Positions 15,212-32,600 of a stretch of DNA of 64,000 nt are shown one piece after another. The notes beneath the pieces were generated by a model that made no database searches, was not told where the DNA came from, and saw only the letters and a program-made list of their open reading frames with translations. The position numbers and the translations under genes are program-made. Positions within the stretch are counted from its first letter, which is position 1; each line of letters begins with the position of its first letter. The stretch is from the human T2T-CHM13v2.0 reference genome, Homo sapiens, in assembly GCF_009914755.1 (NCBI RefSeq), contig NC_060930.1. One strand, given 5' to 3'.

Positions 15212-15432
15212 CAGGGTCTCTCAGCCTCAGCACCGTTGGCATTTGGGGCCGGCCTATTCTTTGCTGTGGGGGACTGTCCTGTACATTGCAGGATGTTTAG
15301 CAGCATTCCTGGTCTCTGCCCACTAGATACCAGTAGCACCCCCCACCCCTAGTTGTTCCAAAATATCTCCAGGCATTGCCAAATGTTCTCTTTTTGGGAG
15401 TTGGAGACAAATTTCCCCAGGTTGAGAACTCC
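15212..15432 (-). mobile_element. MER20
   Basis: cagggtctctcagcctcagcac...cattgcaggatgtttagcagcat...gttgagaact; reverse orientation to the 3915 copy. Confidence 0.85.
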
Positions 15433-17000
15433 AGCTCTGCATACATGCAGCCCTCGTCAATCATTTCAGGTACTAGCCAAGCCCCCATCGATCAGTACTG
15501 GAGTCCGCATCTCCTACTGCCCCCAAATAGCCCTTCATACTACTACTGATGAAAATTCTAGACATACACACTGATTTCCTTCAATGCAGGCTTTGTGTTC
15601 CCTTTAAAATGAGTGTTGGCCTGGGTGAGGCACTATATTATCAGTCATTTATATATGTTGAAGTCTCTAGATCTTTTCTTAAGGGTAAATTTTCACAGAG
15701 GAGAGGATAAGGAGAGCCTGAAACCACTATCCCCTGAAGGAAGGTTGATAAAAGAAAGTGCTTTTAAGAAGGAAAGGAAACAGAGACAGAGTAACAAATG
15801 GGTTAAGGGATTTGCTTAAGTGCCAGCCCAGCAGGCATCCGCCTGAAACATAGCTTTATGGGGATCACCTGTGCACACTCTGCAATTTACTGCTTTGAAT
15901 GAGTAGGAGAGTAGATTTACGCAAGTCCGCCTCCCTCTGCCTGGCTTAATGATGCACCTCATCGTATTCTGATGAAATCTAGATGCAATCATATTCTTGT
16001 CTTAACTAGTTGTGCTGGCAAGGGGGTCTTTCTCCACAACTGAAATTTCTCATGTTGGCAACATAGCTAAGAAAAACATACCCATTTGCCAGCTCCCCTC
16101 ATTGCTGGCCCTAATTAAAGAGGATGGTGCTGCTCCTTTGAAAATGGCTGTTGAGGTCAAGGGGATGCTGAAAGGAGGAGAACCCTCTGCAGGGGTGATT
16201 ACCCCATGTGTCCTCTTAGCAGGAACCTTAGCAGGAACATTGGGATCTGGTGAAGGGTATATTGCATCACAGGATCCAAGGAGAGTCATTCGGAGAATCC
16301 TGGAGCTACTCAAACCTAACTTTACAAATTCTTTATAATTAAGCAGCCACGTAACGTCATACACCCAATCCTCTGGAGTGTGGCCACAGCAGTACCCAGA
16401 GGAAATACATAGACTCAAAAGAATCTACTAGAGATCAAGAAGAATGAAGATTAATACTCAAAAATCTAGAAAAAAAAGTAAAATTTTTTAAAAGTAGAAG
16501 GAAACTAAGAATAAAAATGGATATTAATTAAAAAGAAGCAATAAAATAGGCAGTTTTGAGAAATATGATATAAAAAAGACATCAAAGTCATAAATAACAT
16601 CAGGTATAAAAAGGGGCACATAGGTATAGTTACAGATGAGATTTTTTAAATTCTACAGTATAGGAGATCCTCTGTGCTCTGTGCCAGTCAAACCCTACCT
16701 GAAACTTTTGCTTATTTCTGCCCAACAAAGACAAGTGACCCTCTCATAATACTCTAGGCATAGCTCTATTATAGCACTTCATCATGGTATATACTTTTTT
16801 TATTTGTCTCACTTACTAGCCCCAAAATTCTTTTATAGAAGGGAATATATCTTACTTATTTCTGTACTGTAGCTCTAGGCATGCCTGGGATACAGTTAAT
16901 ATATAATAAATATTTGATACATGAATACATTCAGAGAAGACTAACAGGCTGATGAAACATGAAAATTCCATCATGAGGAAGGAAATGAGGATATATACTG

Positions 17001-17324
<324 letters not shown>

Positions 17325-17370
17325 TGATTGCAGAACACAACATAGTTGTCTGTCTTCAAAAGTGTATGGG

Positions 17371-17425
17371 CTGCACGCCAGTTTGAGGGACAGAGCAAGA
17401 CCCTGTCTCTAAAAAAAAAAAAAAA
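17371..17425 (+). mobile_element. Extremely 5'-truncated Alu (last ~40 nt plus poly(A))
   Basis: ctgcacgccag...gacagagcaagaccctgtctct-A(n); TSD AAAAGTGTAT(G/A)GG at 17358-17370 and 17426-17438. Confidence 0.8.
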
Positions 17426-18155
17426 AAAAGTGTATAGGTCTGTCATGGGGAGGAAAGATTAGATTTTTCTGTATAGACCCATGGAATAGAATTTAGACCA
17501 AAGTACATAACGTAAGCAGATTAAGATTCAAGTAGCAGTAGAGCCAATAGGATTACTTGATTTATTAGGAGCTTTCCTTCCCAGTAAGCTTCTATTTAAA
17601 TTGTTTATAGGTAAGAAGTACCTCTTACTTCTTTCAAATTAATAATGCATCTTCCTGTCTTTCTTCCCATACATGAACCTCTACTTCAGCCCCAAACCAC
17701 CTGACGACAGTACAGGACTCTAATGTAGTGGATGGTCAAGAACTGTCTGGGGCCAGCTTAGGGTTATAACCATGTACATACTACTTCCCACATCTCCATC
17801 AGATTTTCAATTATGGAAATAAACCTCAGCAGGTTGGTATGAAGCCTGATTCTAGAAAGGCTAAATATGCCACTAAGCTGCCTGCCAGACGCTGCTAGTA
17901 TCAACATTCTGCTCTTCATTCCAAATTGCAGTTTAAAATCAGTGCTTCTTTTTCCCAAATATCATGGCCACCTGTTTATGTCTTCTTTTCCTCTCTGACC
18001 AGCATGAAAATATTTCTTTAAAAAATTGAATTAATGACTTTTTCTCTTCATCAACTTCATTAAATGTAGAGATTAGGCTGATTTTTTAACCTGATCAGAG
18101 TTCACCATCTTCAAATACTGCAATGGTGTTGTTCCTCATGCAAAGACACACTCTT

Positions 18156-19124
18156 TTTTTATTATACTTTAAGTTCTGGGATGCATGTGCAGAATGTGCA
18201 GGTTTGTTACATAGGTATACACGTGCCATGGTGGTTTGCTGCACCCATCAACTCATCATCTACATTAGGTATTTCTCCTAATGCTATCCCTCCCCTTGCC
18301 CCCAACCCCTGACAGGCCCCGGTGTGTGCTGTTCCCCTCCCTGTGCCCATATGTTCTCATTGTTCAACTCCCACTTATGAGTGAGAACATGCGGTGTTTG
18401 GTTTTCTGTTCCTGGTTAGTTTGCTGAGAATGATGATTTCCAGCTTCATCCATGTCTCTGCAAAGGACATGAACTCATTCTTTTTTATGGCTGCATAGTA
18501 TTCCATGTGTATATGTACCACATTTTCTTTATCCAGTCTAACATTGATGGGCATTTGGGTTGGTTCCAAGTCTTTGCTATTGTGAATAGTGCTGCAATAA
18601 ACATACATGTGCATGTGTCTTTATAGTAGAATGATTTATAATCCTTTGGGTATATACTCAGTAATGGGATTATTGGGTCAAATGATATTTCTGGTTCTAG
18701 ATCCTTGAGGAATCACCACACTGTCTTCCACAATGGTTGAACTAATTTACACTCCCACCAACAGTGTAAAAGCATTCCTATTTCTACACATCCTCTCCAG
18801 TATCTGTTGTTTCCTGACTTTTTAATGATGGCCATTCTAACTGGCATGAGATGGTATCTCATTGTGGTTTTTGATTTGCATTTCTCTAATGACCAGTGAT
18901 GATGAGCTTTTTTTCATGTTTGTTGGCCGCATAAATGTCTTCTTTTGAAAAGTGTCTTTTCATATACTTCGCCCACTTTTTGATGCGGTTGTTATTTTCT
19001 TGTAAATTTGTTTAAGTTCTTTGTAGATTCGGGATATTAGCCCTTTGTCAGATGGATAGATTGCAAAAATTTTCTCCCATTCTGTAGGTTGCCCGTTCAC
19101 TCTGATGATAAGTTTCTTTTGCTG
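18156..19124 (-). mobile_element. 5'-truncated L1PA (about L1PA7/8) 3' end
   Basis: Antisense ORF2 C-terminus and 3'UTR; TSD GCAAA(G/C)ACACACTCTT at 18140-18155 and 19125-19140. Confidence 0.92.
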
Positions 19125-19990
19125 GCAAACACACACTCTTGCTGTGCTCACCTAAAGTTACATTTTCTGTGAATACCACTTTCAGACAAGAAGTGCAATT
19201 ACAAAAATTATATCTGATATTTATAATTTCTTAGGCCTATACCTGCGGTGAATTGGTTTCACACTAGAGGAAATGCAAATTACTTTGAATCCAGGTGGAA
19301 GAGTATTCTCTGACGTGTTTATTGAAAATTCTACAGCAAAACAAATGTAGCAGCTTAGAGAATCAGTAAGAGCTAGAGAGATGAAAATTTTTTACCTGCT
19401 CAAATTCAAAATATTGCCTGTGTGCATTTGCATATATACATATATGCTGTAAATACTTAAGAATATGTAATACCCATTCATTGTCTCAAACAATCAGGGC
19501 TAGCCACTGAAGCACGTCCCTCAGGTTGTTTTTGTGGAAAGCTGACTTCACTAGCATGTTTATTTCTTTGCTCCCCAAAACCTGGCTCTTCACAATGGCA
19601 AACCTTTTGGGAATACATAAAATATGCAACAAATGTGTCTGTCAGCTTGCCTAGTCTCTAATTGAAAGCCCCAAATCACCAGAATAAAAGTAAATAGGAA
19701 ATCATGTTTAATACACCAAATCAATGAAAAGCATATAAAAGTTAAAATTGTCCTTTTTCATGAAGCCCCCAACTGTGTGCTGGTTGAAGAAATGACAGAT
19801 CTTCTTGAGTTGACTGCTGTGTATATATGTTCCCTGATGCAACCTGAAGTTCTCTGTAGTGAACGTTAGTTCCTGAAATTATTCAGAAGGGTGCTGTTCA
19901 CTCGTCAGAGTCTTAATGAAGGGGAAAACAGAACAGGGCATTTTTCTGGGAGGGGAGAATTATATCCTTTTCTCCTGTGGGTACTGTGGT

Positions 19991-20027
19991 CTGCTTGCTT
20001 GCTTGCTTGCTTGCTGGCTTGCTTGCT
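19991..20027. repeat. (GCTT)n microsatellite
   Basis: Direct reading of the sequence. Confidence 0.9.
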
Positions 20028-20201
20028 GGTGAATTTTTGCTTTGTAGAGAGTTTCTGGTTTCCTTGGGAAGTTGTGTTTCTGATCACTACATTGGACACA
20101 CACACACCCTTTTCCAGAGTATCTGCTGTGTCATATCATTGTTTTATTAATTACACTCCTTGGACTTAATGTTAAACAGATTGGATAGAAAGGTAATAGA
20201 T

Positions 20202-20234
20202 GGAGAGAGAAAGAAAGAGAGAGAGAGAGAGAGA
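20202..20234. repeat. (GA)n/(GAAA)n microsatellite
   Basis: Direct reading of the sequence. Confidence 0.9.
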
Positions 20235-21717
20235 ATCATGTACCCTCTGCTATATTCCAGTCCTCAAAAGCTTTAAATTCCCCCAAAAAGTGCCTGACAG
20301 AAGAGAAAAAAATCAAATTTTCACAAGTGATCTGCACTTTCACCAGAAAGTGACCCTAGTGTGCATTTGATGTTATTTTCAGCTGCCCAGTGTCTGAATC
20401 CCCTTCCTAAAATCAAGGCAGCTTCTACTATATGAATTTTTACAGAAGGCAGAGCTCATCTCCCCTTTAGAAGCCTAAAAGGCCACTTTTCTGTGACCTC
20501 TGCCAAACTGGCCAAGGTTCATGGACATATGACCTAACCTCAGCCAATCAGATGCTACCACCCAAGACATTTAACCTGGTGGCCATGATGAAAAGACACA
20601 GAGATGGTGGAGAATGTGCGCCGCCATTAACATCCAGTGACCACTGCAGTGGCACAGGCAGTGCCAGCTAGGGTAGCAGTATTGTCCTCATCAGGACACT
20701 TCATTTGCTCCTGCCCAACTACCAAGCATGGTTATCCAGGCTTCCTGGAAATTCTGTGAGATAATCAGTAGTTTTTCTTTTTATTTTCTTTTACTATAAA
20801 TGTTTATCAGTACAACACATGTATGGAGTTGACAAATCAAGTAGAAGTAAAAGAGTTAGGAGGAAAAGCAACTATCCCCTGCTTCTGCTGTTAGTTCCTC
20901 TCATCCTCCAACCATGCTCCCTAGGCACTTTTAACTTCTTTATCTATTTCTCCTGGAATTTATCTCCATGTTCCAAAATAACATGCTTACACTACTAGTC
21001 GTTGATTCACCAATATTAGACATTAATAATGACTTCCTCTAAAGGTTAGATGAGGATTTAGCCTCTCTATCCCTTCTCTACTTTCTTTCACCCAATCCTC
21101 CAAATACAGTTACATAACCACTTTATTTAAACCAACATATTATGTCCACATTATAAGGTTTATATAAAGGCATGTAGTGCATTCTGATTATCTTCTTTTT
21201 GTGCCATCAATTTTTGTCTCACCTTTTTAGAGTTGCTGGTAGTTTTCTGTATACCAGTCGTTGATATTTTCCCAAATGTTTGATTGTACAATAATTTCTG
21301 ATAATTTCTGTGTCTTTTTCCAGATGCTGTATCATATCAGATAATCTCTTCATGTCCCCTTTTTTCCTTGGGGATTTGATGTTTATCTGGTGGCTCTCTT
21401 TCCATTTGAAAGATTTTCTCTGATATTTGCAAGTTATTAGCCATCTGAGAACTACAAGACATTCATAGAGTGATGGCCTAAAACCAATGAGAAATCCCGT
21501 GCACATGGGCGGGCACATGCCCTGGATTCTCTCTAGATTGAATGGGGAAAGTCTACTGCTTCTTGGTGAACTCCTAAGTTCATGGAAGTTTTTTTTGTTT
21601 GTTTTTGTTTTTTCTGGGGCTGTTTAATGCCTCCAGAATAGAATCCACCACTCTTTCTCACTGGGGTATAAGCCTGGCCCCTGACCTTCTCAAGAGAGAG
21701 AAGCAAGGCATCCTACC

Positions 21718-23025
<1,308 letters not shown>

Positions 23026-23162
23026 TGTTTCCTACTCATCATTATGCAGGCTTTCATTCAAGTCCATTTTCAACACAACTGCCTCACCCTCACCTACAGT
23101 GGCGCCTGGTTTCTCTGAGTCTGTAACCTCCTCTCCTGTTCAGTTTCTTCAGAGAATAAATC

Positions 23163-23316
23163 TTTTATTTTTGAGATGGAGTCTTGCTGTCACCCAGGTT
23201 GGAGTGCAGTGGCGCGATCTCCGCTCACCACAACCTCCACCTCCTGGGTTCAAGGGATTCTCATGTTTCAGCCTCTTGAATAGCTGGGACTACAGGCGCT
23301 GGCCACCATGCCTAGC
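23163..23316 (-). mobile_element. Alu right-arm fragment
   Basis: Antisense right monomer. Confidence 0.85.
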
Positions 23317-23359
23317 TACAGAGAATGCATCTATTCTGTGTTAAAGAACCATACCTTAA

Positions 23360-23748
<389 letters not shown>

Positions 23749-23930
23749 TCAGGTAGGTCCCTGGAGCCTGGGCAGGGCAAAGAAAAGTGGGTAGGCAGGG
23801 TATGAAATATCAGAACAGTGTCAATATGGGCATGAAAAATTAATCTGTTATTGGCACATCAATTTCTTTATTTAACTGAAGGTTACTGTTTCTATTAAAG
23901 AACATGTTGCACATTAAAAATGCCTTTTTT

Positions 23931-26157
<2,227 letters not shown>

Positions 26158-26162
26158 GCCTC

Positions 26163-26477
<315 letters not shown>

Positions 26478-26869
26478 TAAGTATGGCATCCTGAGAACTT
26501 GTGATTTCCTCAACGTGTTTTTGTTGGTGTAATGGGATTTAATGGATCTTGGGGTTTACACACCTGGTATTGCACCCTGGTTCCAGTATTCCCCAAGGGT
26601 AGCTAGCCATAGACAATTTATTTAACCCCACAGAGCTTTGCTTTTCTCTTCTGAAAGTAAATGGAGGTAACTATATCTAATCTCAGACCACTGTTGTGAC
26701 GATAACGTGAAAATTGAAATTATATAGCATAGTGCCTAACACCATCTTGATACATAATGAATATTCATTTTCTGCCTTGTTTTCGATATTATAAAAATCT
26801 CTTATGAAGATATTTAAGTGAACCAAATGTCAAATTGAGAAGGATAGAGGCCAAAACAGACTTTTTTAA

Positions 26870-27000
26870 TCCTCAGACAATGGATAATAGGTGCTATATA
26901 AGCACACAATTTTTTTTATTACACTAATGACTTATCCTCAGAGGACAATGGATAATAGGTGTTATATAAGCACACAATTTTTTTATTATACTAATGACTT
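26870..27000. repeat. Tandem duplication of ~65 bp
   Basis: tcctcaga..caatggataataggtg(c/t)tatataagcacacaattttt..atta(c/t)actaatgactt, twice. Confidence 0.9.
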
Positions 27001-27122
27001 TGCATATATATGTGGTATTAAGTGATAATGTATAACTGGCTTTTATTTACACATTGTGCACAAATAAATTTGTTTCAATTTGAACAAGTGGAAGTGGTTT
27101 ATTCTGGAATTTTTTTGGATCT

Positions 27123-27427
27123 CTTTTATTTTTTTAAAGACAGGGTCTCACTCTGTCACCCAGGCTGGAGTGCAGTGGGGTGATCATAGCTTATTGAAAC
27201 CTTGAATTCCTGGGCTCAACTGATCCTCCTCCTTTAGCCTCCCAAGTAGCTGAGACTACAAGTGCATGCCACCATGCTCAGTTAATATATTTTTATTTTT
27301 ATTTTTGTAGAGATTGGGTCTCACTGTTGCCCAGGCTGGTCTCCAACTCTTGACTTCATGCAATCCTCCCACCTCACCCTCTTAAAGTGCTGAGATTACA
27401 AGCATGAGACACCATGCCCCACTGACC
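27123..27427 (-). mobile_element. AluJ
   Basis: Diverged antisense dimer with J features (tcctgggctcaa). Confidence 0.88.
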
Positions 27428-29469
27428 TAGTTTTTAGACATATCTTCACTGTTTCTAATTGGATATTTCACAACAAGAATGTCTTTGTTCATTTTGAACA
27501 TTCAACAGTTTTATATTTTGTTATTTTAAGGTGTACTCCAGGTGTCCTTTTTAATGTTGCTGTTTGCAGTTATGTCAAGTCATCAAACCATGGCTATCAA
27601 GGTGCCATATTGCAGTCCATTCATGACCCATGTTCAAATAGGGTTCCAGTAAGTGCGTCTTCAGCACTGGTATGCTTGGTGCATACCAGGTCCTCCTTTT
27701 CAGCAATCATGTTTTGCTTTTTAATATAAATGATAATGATTGTCAGGGGATGCTACAGAAACAACTCAAGAACCTCAATGGTATGTGTGACTGGTCCAAG
27801 GTTTAGAGTCAAGTACAGGACTAAATCACCATAGATAACAGACCTTCAGTTTAACCAGAAGAATAAATCTCTATAGAAGTGTCATAAAGGTACAGTGCAT
27901 ATTCAATACAATGTAAAATGGTAAGAAAACTAGCAAACCTAACACAAACCGGCACAGGATTGAGTGCCAAGTAATTGATGATGAGAGTATGGTCCATGTT
28001 AGAATGTAAGAAGGTGTTAGAAGTGATCACCTATCCAGGTGATCACTCTGGATAGTGGAGCTGAGAATAGAAGGTGGGTTTCCCTAAACTCTGAAACTGG
28101 GGATGTGGCTAGATAAAGAAGATGCGGCAAAGTCGTTACACTGACAGGAGACTATCCACATTATCTCATCGGAAAAGCCTTAATGATTCTCATAGTTAGG
28201 GGAGTAGTCATGTAATACATATTCTTGATGCACCAGGATTATTGGTTTTGTGCCTCGCCTTTGGTATTATAAAAATCTTTTATGAGAAATGATGACTTCA
28301 AGTGCAAGGAAGAGGATGGAAATACTTGACTCTCACTGGAAAACATGAGAAAGTTCATTCTGCTCTTGTCTTCCCCCATCTGCTCTGCAGGAAAGTAAAT
28401 GCCCTTGGCACTGCCACAAAGCTTCTTCAAAGGAATTTGTGAAAGGGAGAGAAAAACTTTGCAGATGCCCTAGAGCTTCAGATGGCTTGCAGCCCCTTCT
28501 TGACAACACTCCCTGAAGACGGCCATTTATGACCTCCCCTTAAAAGAAAAAAAACAGACTTGCTTCACTTCCAGCTTTTAAGCTTACTTGCAGGTATTTC
28601 CTGCATATATCTTGCTTAGCAATGACTCCATTTCATTAACAAACTATCCAATAATCCTGTTGTTACCACTCACTTCACAGCTGAAATACCTGGACCACAG
28701 AGAAACACCTGCCTAAAATTGCATGGATCAGCAGAAGCAGGAACAACTTTAAAATTCCCAATCCACTCAACAAGAATCTCCCAAGTATAGGGAGAGTGTC
28801 AGGATAACCTCCCAGTTCTGTTCTTAGCCCTTGCTTGTTGACTAGCTTTCTTGGCACACTGATGTATGAGAAATATGGCTTCCACTGTGTACATACATAC
28901 ATACAGAATGGTACAGGGAGTAGTCTTTTCCTCCTTGTGATAAACAAAAATAGCCATGCCTACATCAATACAAAATAACTACACACCTTTTTTTTTATCC
29001 TTTGGACTTGCCCTTCGAAACGGTCATCTATTAACAGCAATTGGATTATTTTTTTTTAACGGACTGGCACAGATGGTCTTGTATTTGACTCACTGGAACA
29101 GACAGTATTTTCTTCGGTAGGACCAACTGGAAAACGTTGGTTGGTTTTTGAGACACAAGGGACATAACTAGCGTTTTCAGACAAACCTAAGTCAGGTAAG
29201 CAAGCCTCTTTTCAAATCCCCAGTTTCAACGCAAGATAAACTTCTCTAAGATTTAAGTCAGTGTAAAATGTATGAGGTACCTCTTCCTTCCAGCGTCCCC
29301 CGTGCTTGATGAGGCAAAAGGAAGAAGACAGCGAGTGCTTAGCTGCCTTTTAGAGGATATTCATGAAAATCAGAAGAATGGCATGTGACACCTGTGGGAA
29401 AAGTTAAGGAAATTAAGATTCTTACATCGGAAAAAAATAACCCCTGGGGTGAGTTAATCTTCATGTATG

Positions 29470-29640
29470 TAAAGAGTAAATAGCTGCAAGATGCCATCTG
29501 ATTTACTATAATAAGGGTAAAACACAAATTACTACATCTGAATTGCTGTCGATATAGCCACATTACGCAATGAGGAAAGTGTAACCGGATGTTAAATTAG
29601 GCCTCATCGTATCTTGCTCTCGATTAAGGTGCCAATATAT
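29470..29640. promoter_or_regulatory. Candidate enhancer/promoter: C/EBP + ETS + FOX + E-box cluster
   Basis: ATTACGCAAT 29562-29571, GAGGAAAGTG 29572-29581, ACCGGATGT 29584-29592, GTAAATA 29476-29482, CATCTG; local CpG retention in non-repeat DNA. Confidence 0.4.
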
Positions 29641-32600
29641 TAACAGATATCATAAAAAATATGAAACAGATCCTTAAATGCAGAGTTACAAAAGGGTTTG
29701 TTCCGTAACTCCTGAAGCCTCTCACTTACTTTGAAAATACAAAAGAATGGACATAGAGGAGACAAGAAGCAATAGTAAAAAGATTCTTCTGCAGACGACA
29801 GTTGCTATGCCTTGAGTCTGCCCATTCAGAAAGGGGTGGGGTGGAAGAGAGAGCATCCTCTGTCACCTCGAGCCTAGACTGGACCATTTGAAGATCTAGA
29901 AATGGGCAGTTGGAGGATACAGAGGACTGGTTCCTGACTCAGCCTGAGAAAGCTGAATCATCCCATGAAAGCAGGATCCAAATGACATTGGGATTCATCT
30001 TCACTCTCTAGCAAAGGGTATGTAACCTATCCCCATGGACCAGATAGGAGCTAAAGCGGCTTGCCATTGGGTCCTGTACACCAGGGTGGAATGCGGAGGG
30101 GCCCAAGGACCACAATGCTGGAGATGAAATCCATCAGAACTACATCCTGACTTCTGTTTGATTATGCAGATTCAAAGGAAAGGCATTCTGGCTCTAAAAA
30201 CAAAAACAAAATTGGAAGATATAAGTAAGACTAAGAAAAAAGGAAGGAAATAACTCCCTTGCTTTTAGGTTTGCTCAGAGTGAAGCAAGATGAAGAAAAA
30301 TCAGTTATAAACTTTAAAGTAAGGTGTCATGCTACTGATATAAAGAGAAATTAAGAGTTTTGAGGCAAAACCAGCTGTCAGACAGGTAGAAAATATGATA
30401 TAGCTCTTGAGAAAAGAGAATGCTCCTGGAACAGATGGGCGCGCCTCTGAGCTTTATAAAGCATTAACTAGCTGTTTAAATAAGTCCTTAGCAGATGTTT
30501 TCAATGGAGGTGAAATGGAAAAAAAAAAAAAAAAAAAGTCCAAGGCACAAAGGGAATTGATATCACAAATAAGAGAAACTCTTGAATTCAGAGTGCAAGT
30601 TATTGTACAAAGTTTTTCTTTAAGACTAGCCACAGTATTTGTAAAACATGGAGCATATTACAAAATCTGCAATTAAAGTAATATATATTGCAATATTAGC
30701 CTTTAAAAGAGAGACATACTTAAGGAAAAAGATAGTTTGTGATGATATGTACAGCTCTTCATCTGAGACCAAAAAGGCAAGCAAACATTCATATCCACAC
30801 TACTATAGGTAATCGTTTTTCTTGTAATCGTACCCAGCTATGAATACATTCACAAGAAAGGAGAAAAATCACAAAAGGATAAAGGAAGAGATTCTTTTGA
30901 GTCTGTGTTGAATGTATTGATACTCAATACTGTGTTAAAAATACGTATTTAAAAAATAGAGCTCAGTCCATTGCACAGAAAATAAAGGAGACAGTGGGTT
31001 TTTGTGTCAGATGGCTCACATACATACATACTTAATTCAATCAGCAAATGTTTATCAAGTGCCTCAGGGTGCCAGGCAGTGGACTAGGTGACCCAGTAGG
31101 GAAGATAAATAATATCCAAACTCTACCATCCATGAGCCTCTCTTACATGCCTGTTGCTCTCACTACTAGTACCTATTGCAAATTGACTTACCCATAAATG
31201 CTACTCACACTCACACATTTGGCCACCAAGCTGTAGGAATGGTGGAGGTGCCATTCCAGGTGTGGAGCTAGAGAGATGGAGTAGGAAGTGGATATGGAGC
31301 CTCAGACTCCACCCGAGATACAGACTGGAGTGAGGAAATGCGTAAGACCAGCACTCCACTGGATGTAGAGCCATAATCTAACCACGGTTCACATTAATGT
31401 CCACACCATGACTGTATGTCATTATTTAGAGTGGGAGGAGAGGAGAAATCAGAAAAGGGGAGGGAAGATAGCATCTGTGCCTATAAAATGTAAGCATATG
31501 TATTAAGAAACAACACAGAACAATCCCGGGATGAAAGACATCGAAGAGTAGGGAAAACAGAATGGATGAAACCTATTTTAATTGTCATTTTTTGACAGAA
31601 TTCACATTGTTTAAGAGGTCATTAAATTAGGCATAGTGGTTTAAAGTCTGGAGTTTTGCCCCTAAGAAACTCAGGATTAAAACTATGGCTTTGCCACCCA
31701 CTTCATGAGTAACCCCTAAGGTTCATTTTCCCCATCTACAAAATTGAAATAAAGCAGTGCCCACAAAGGGTTGCTGTAAGGGTTAAATTAGATGAAGAAC
31801 ACAAAGTACATTTATCATAGTGTGTGAAAATTATCAAAGGATTGAACAAATGTTTTGTTATTATTAATATTACCGTTATTAAGCCTGCTTACAATGAGGC
31901 AACTTTTAAACTTTATTATAAAGACATATCTATTCTTCTGACTTCTCAGGGCATCTTGTTTGCAAAGTACTGCAGAGTTTATCATCAAGGCATTCAACAA
32001 ATAGTTATTAAGGATCTATTATATTGCAGATACTGTGCTGGGAATATACCAGGGGGCAGGACAGGTCTGATTCCTGCTGTCATAGAGCTCAGAGTTTGGA
32101 AAAGAAATTACTCTAGAAATGTTATTGGCAAAGTTCTTGGCATCAGAGAATGTCAAAAGAATCTTTCCAAGATGCACACATGGGTCAAATAACTTTTACA
32201 GAACAAGTAAGAAAATCTCCCCTCTAAGAATACTAGAAGGAAGAAAAAAAAATGGACCTGAAAAACTCAGGCCTCAGAGAAAATGGAACATTTATCTGAT
32301 AAAGGATCTTTGGATTAATTTAATTCTGCAGCCCACAAGCCTTGCTATTCCACACTCAATTTCTCTGATGCTTCCTCTCCTCTTGACCTTCCCTGTCACT
32401 ATTCTAGTTCCTCATCTCTCACAGGTACTACTGCTAATGACTCCTTACTGTGCCTCTGACACCTGGGCTTAGGCCCCTCTCATCATTCCTTCAACCTTCC
32501 CTTCTTTCAAGGCATTTCCAATCATCTCATTCTGTTCAAAACTCTGCAACACCCTCCCATTGCCCACAGGGTACAATTCAACAGCTTTACACAGCAAACA

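Noticed and set aside
16012-16418. Overlapping 108 aa (+) and 122 aa (-) ORFs
   Set aside because: No ATG starts, no recognisable domain and no convincing splice sites; compatible with chance.
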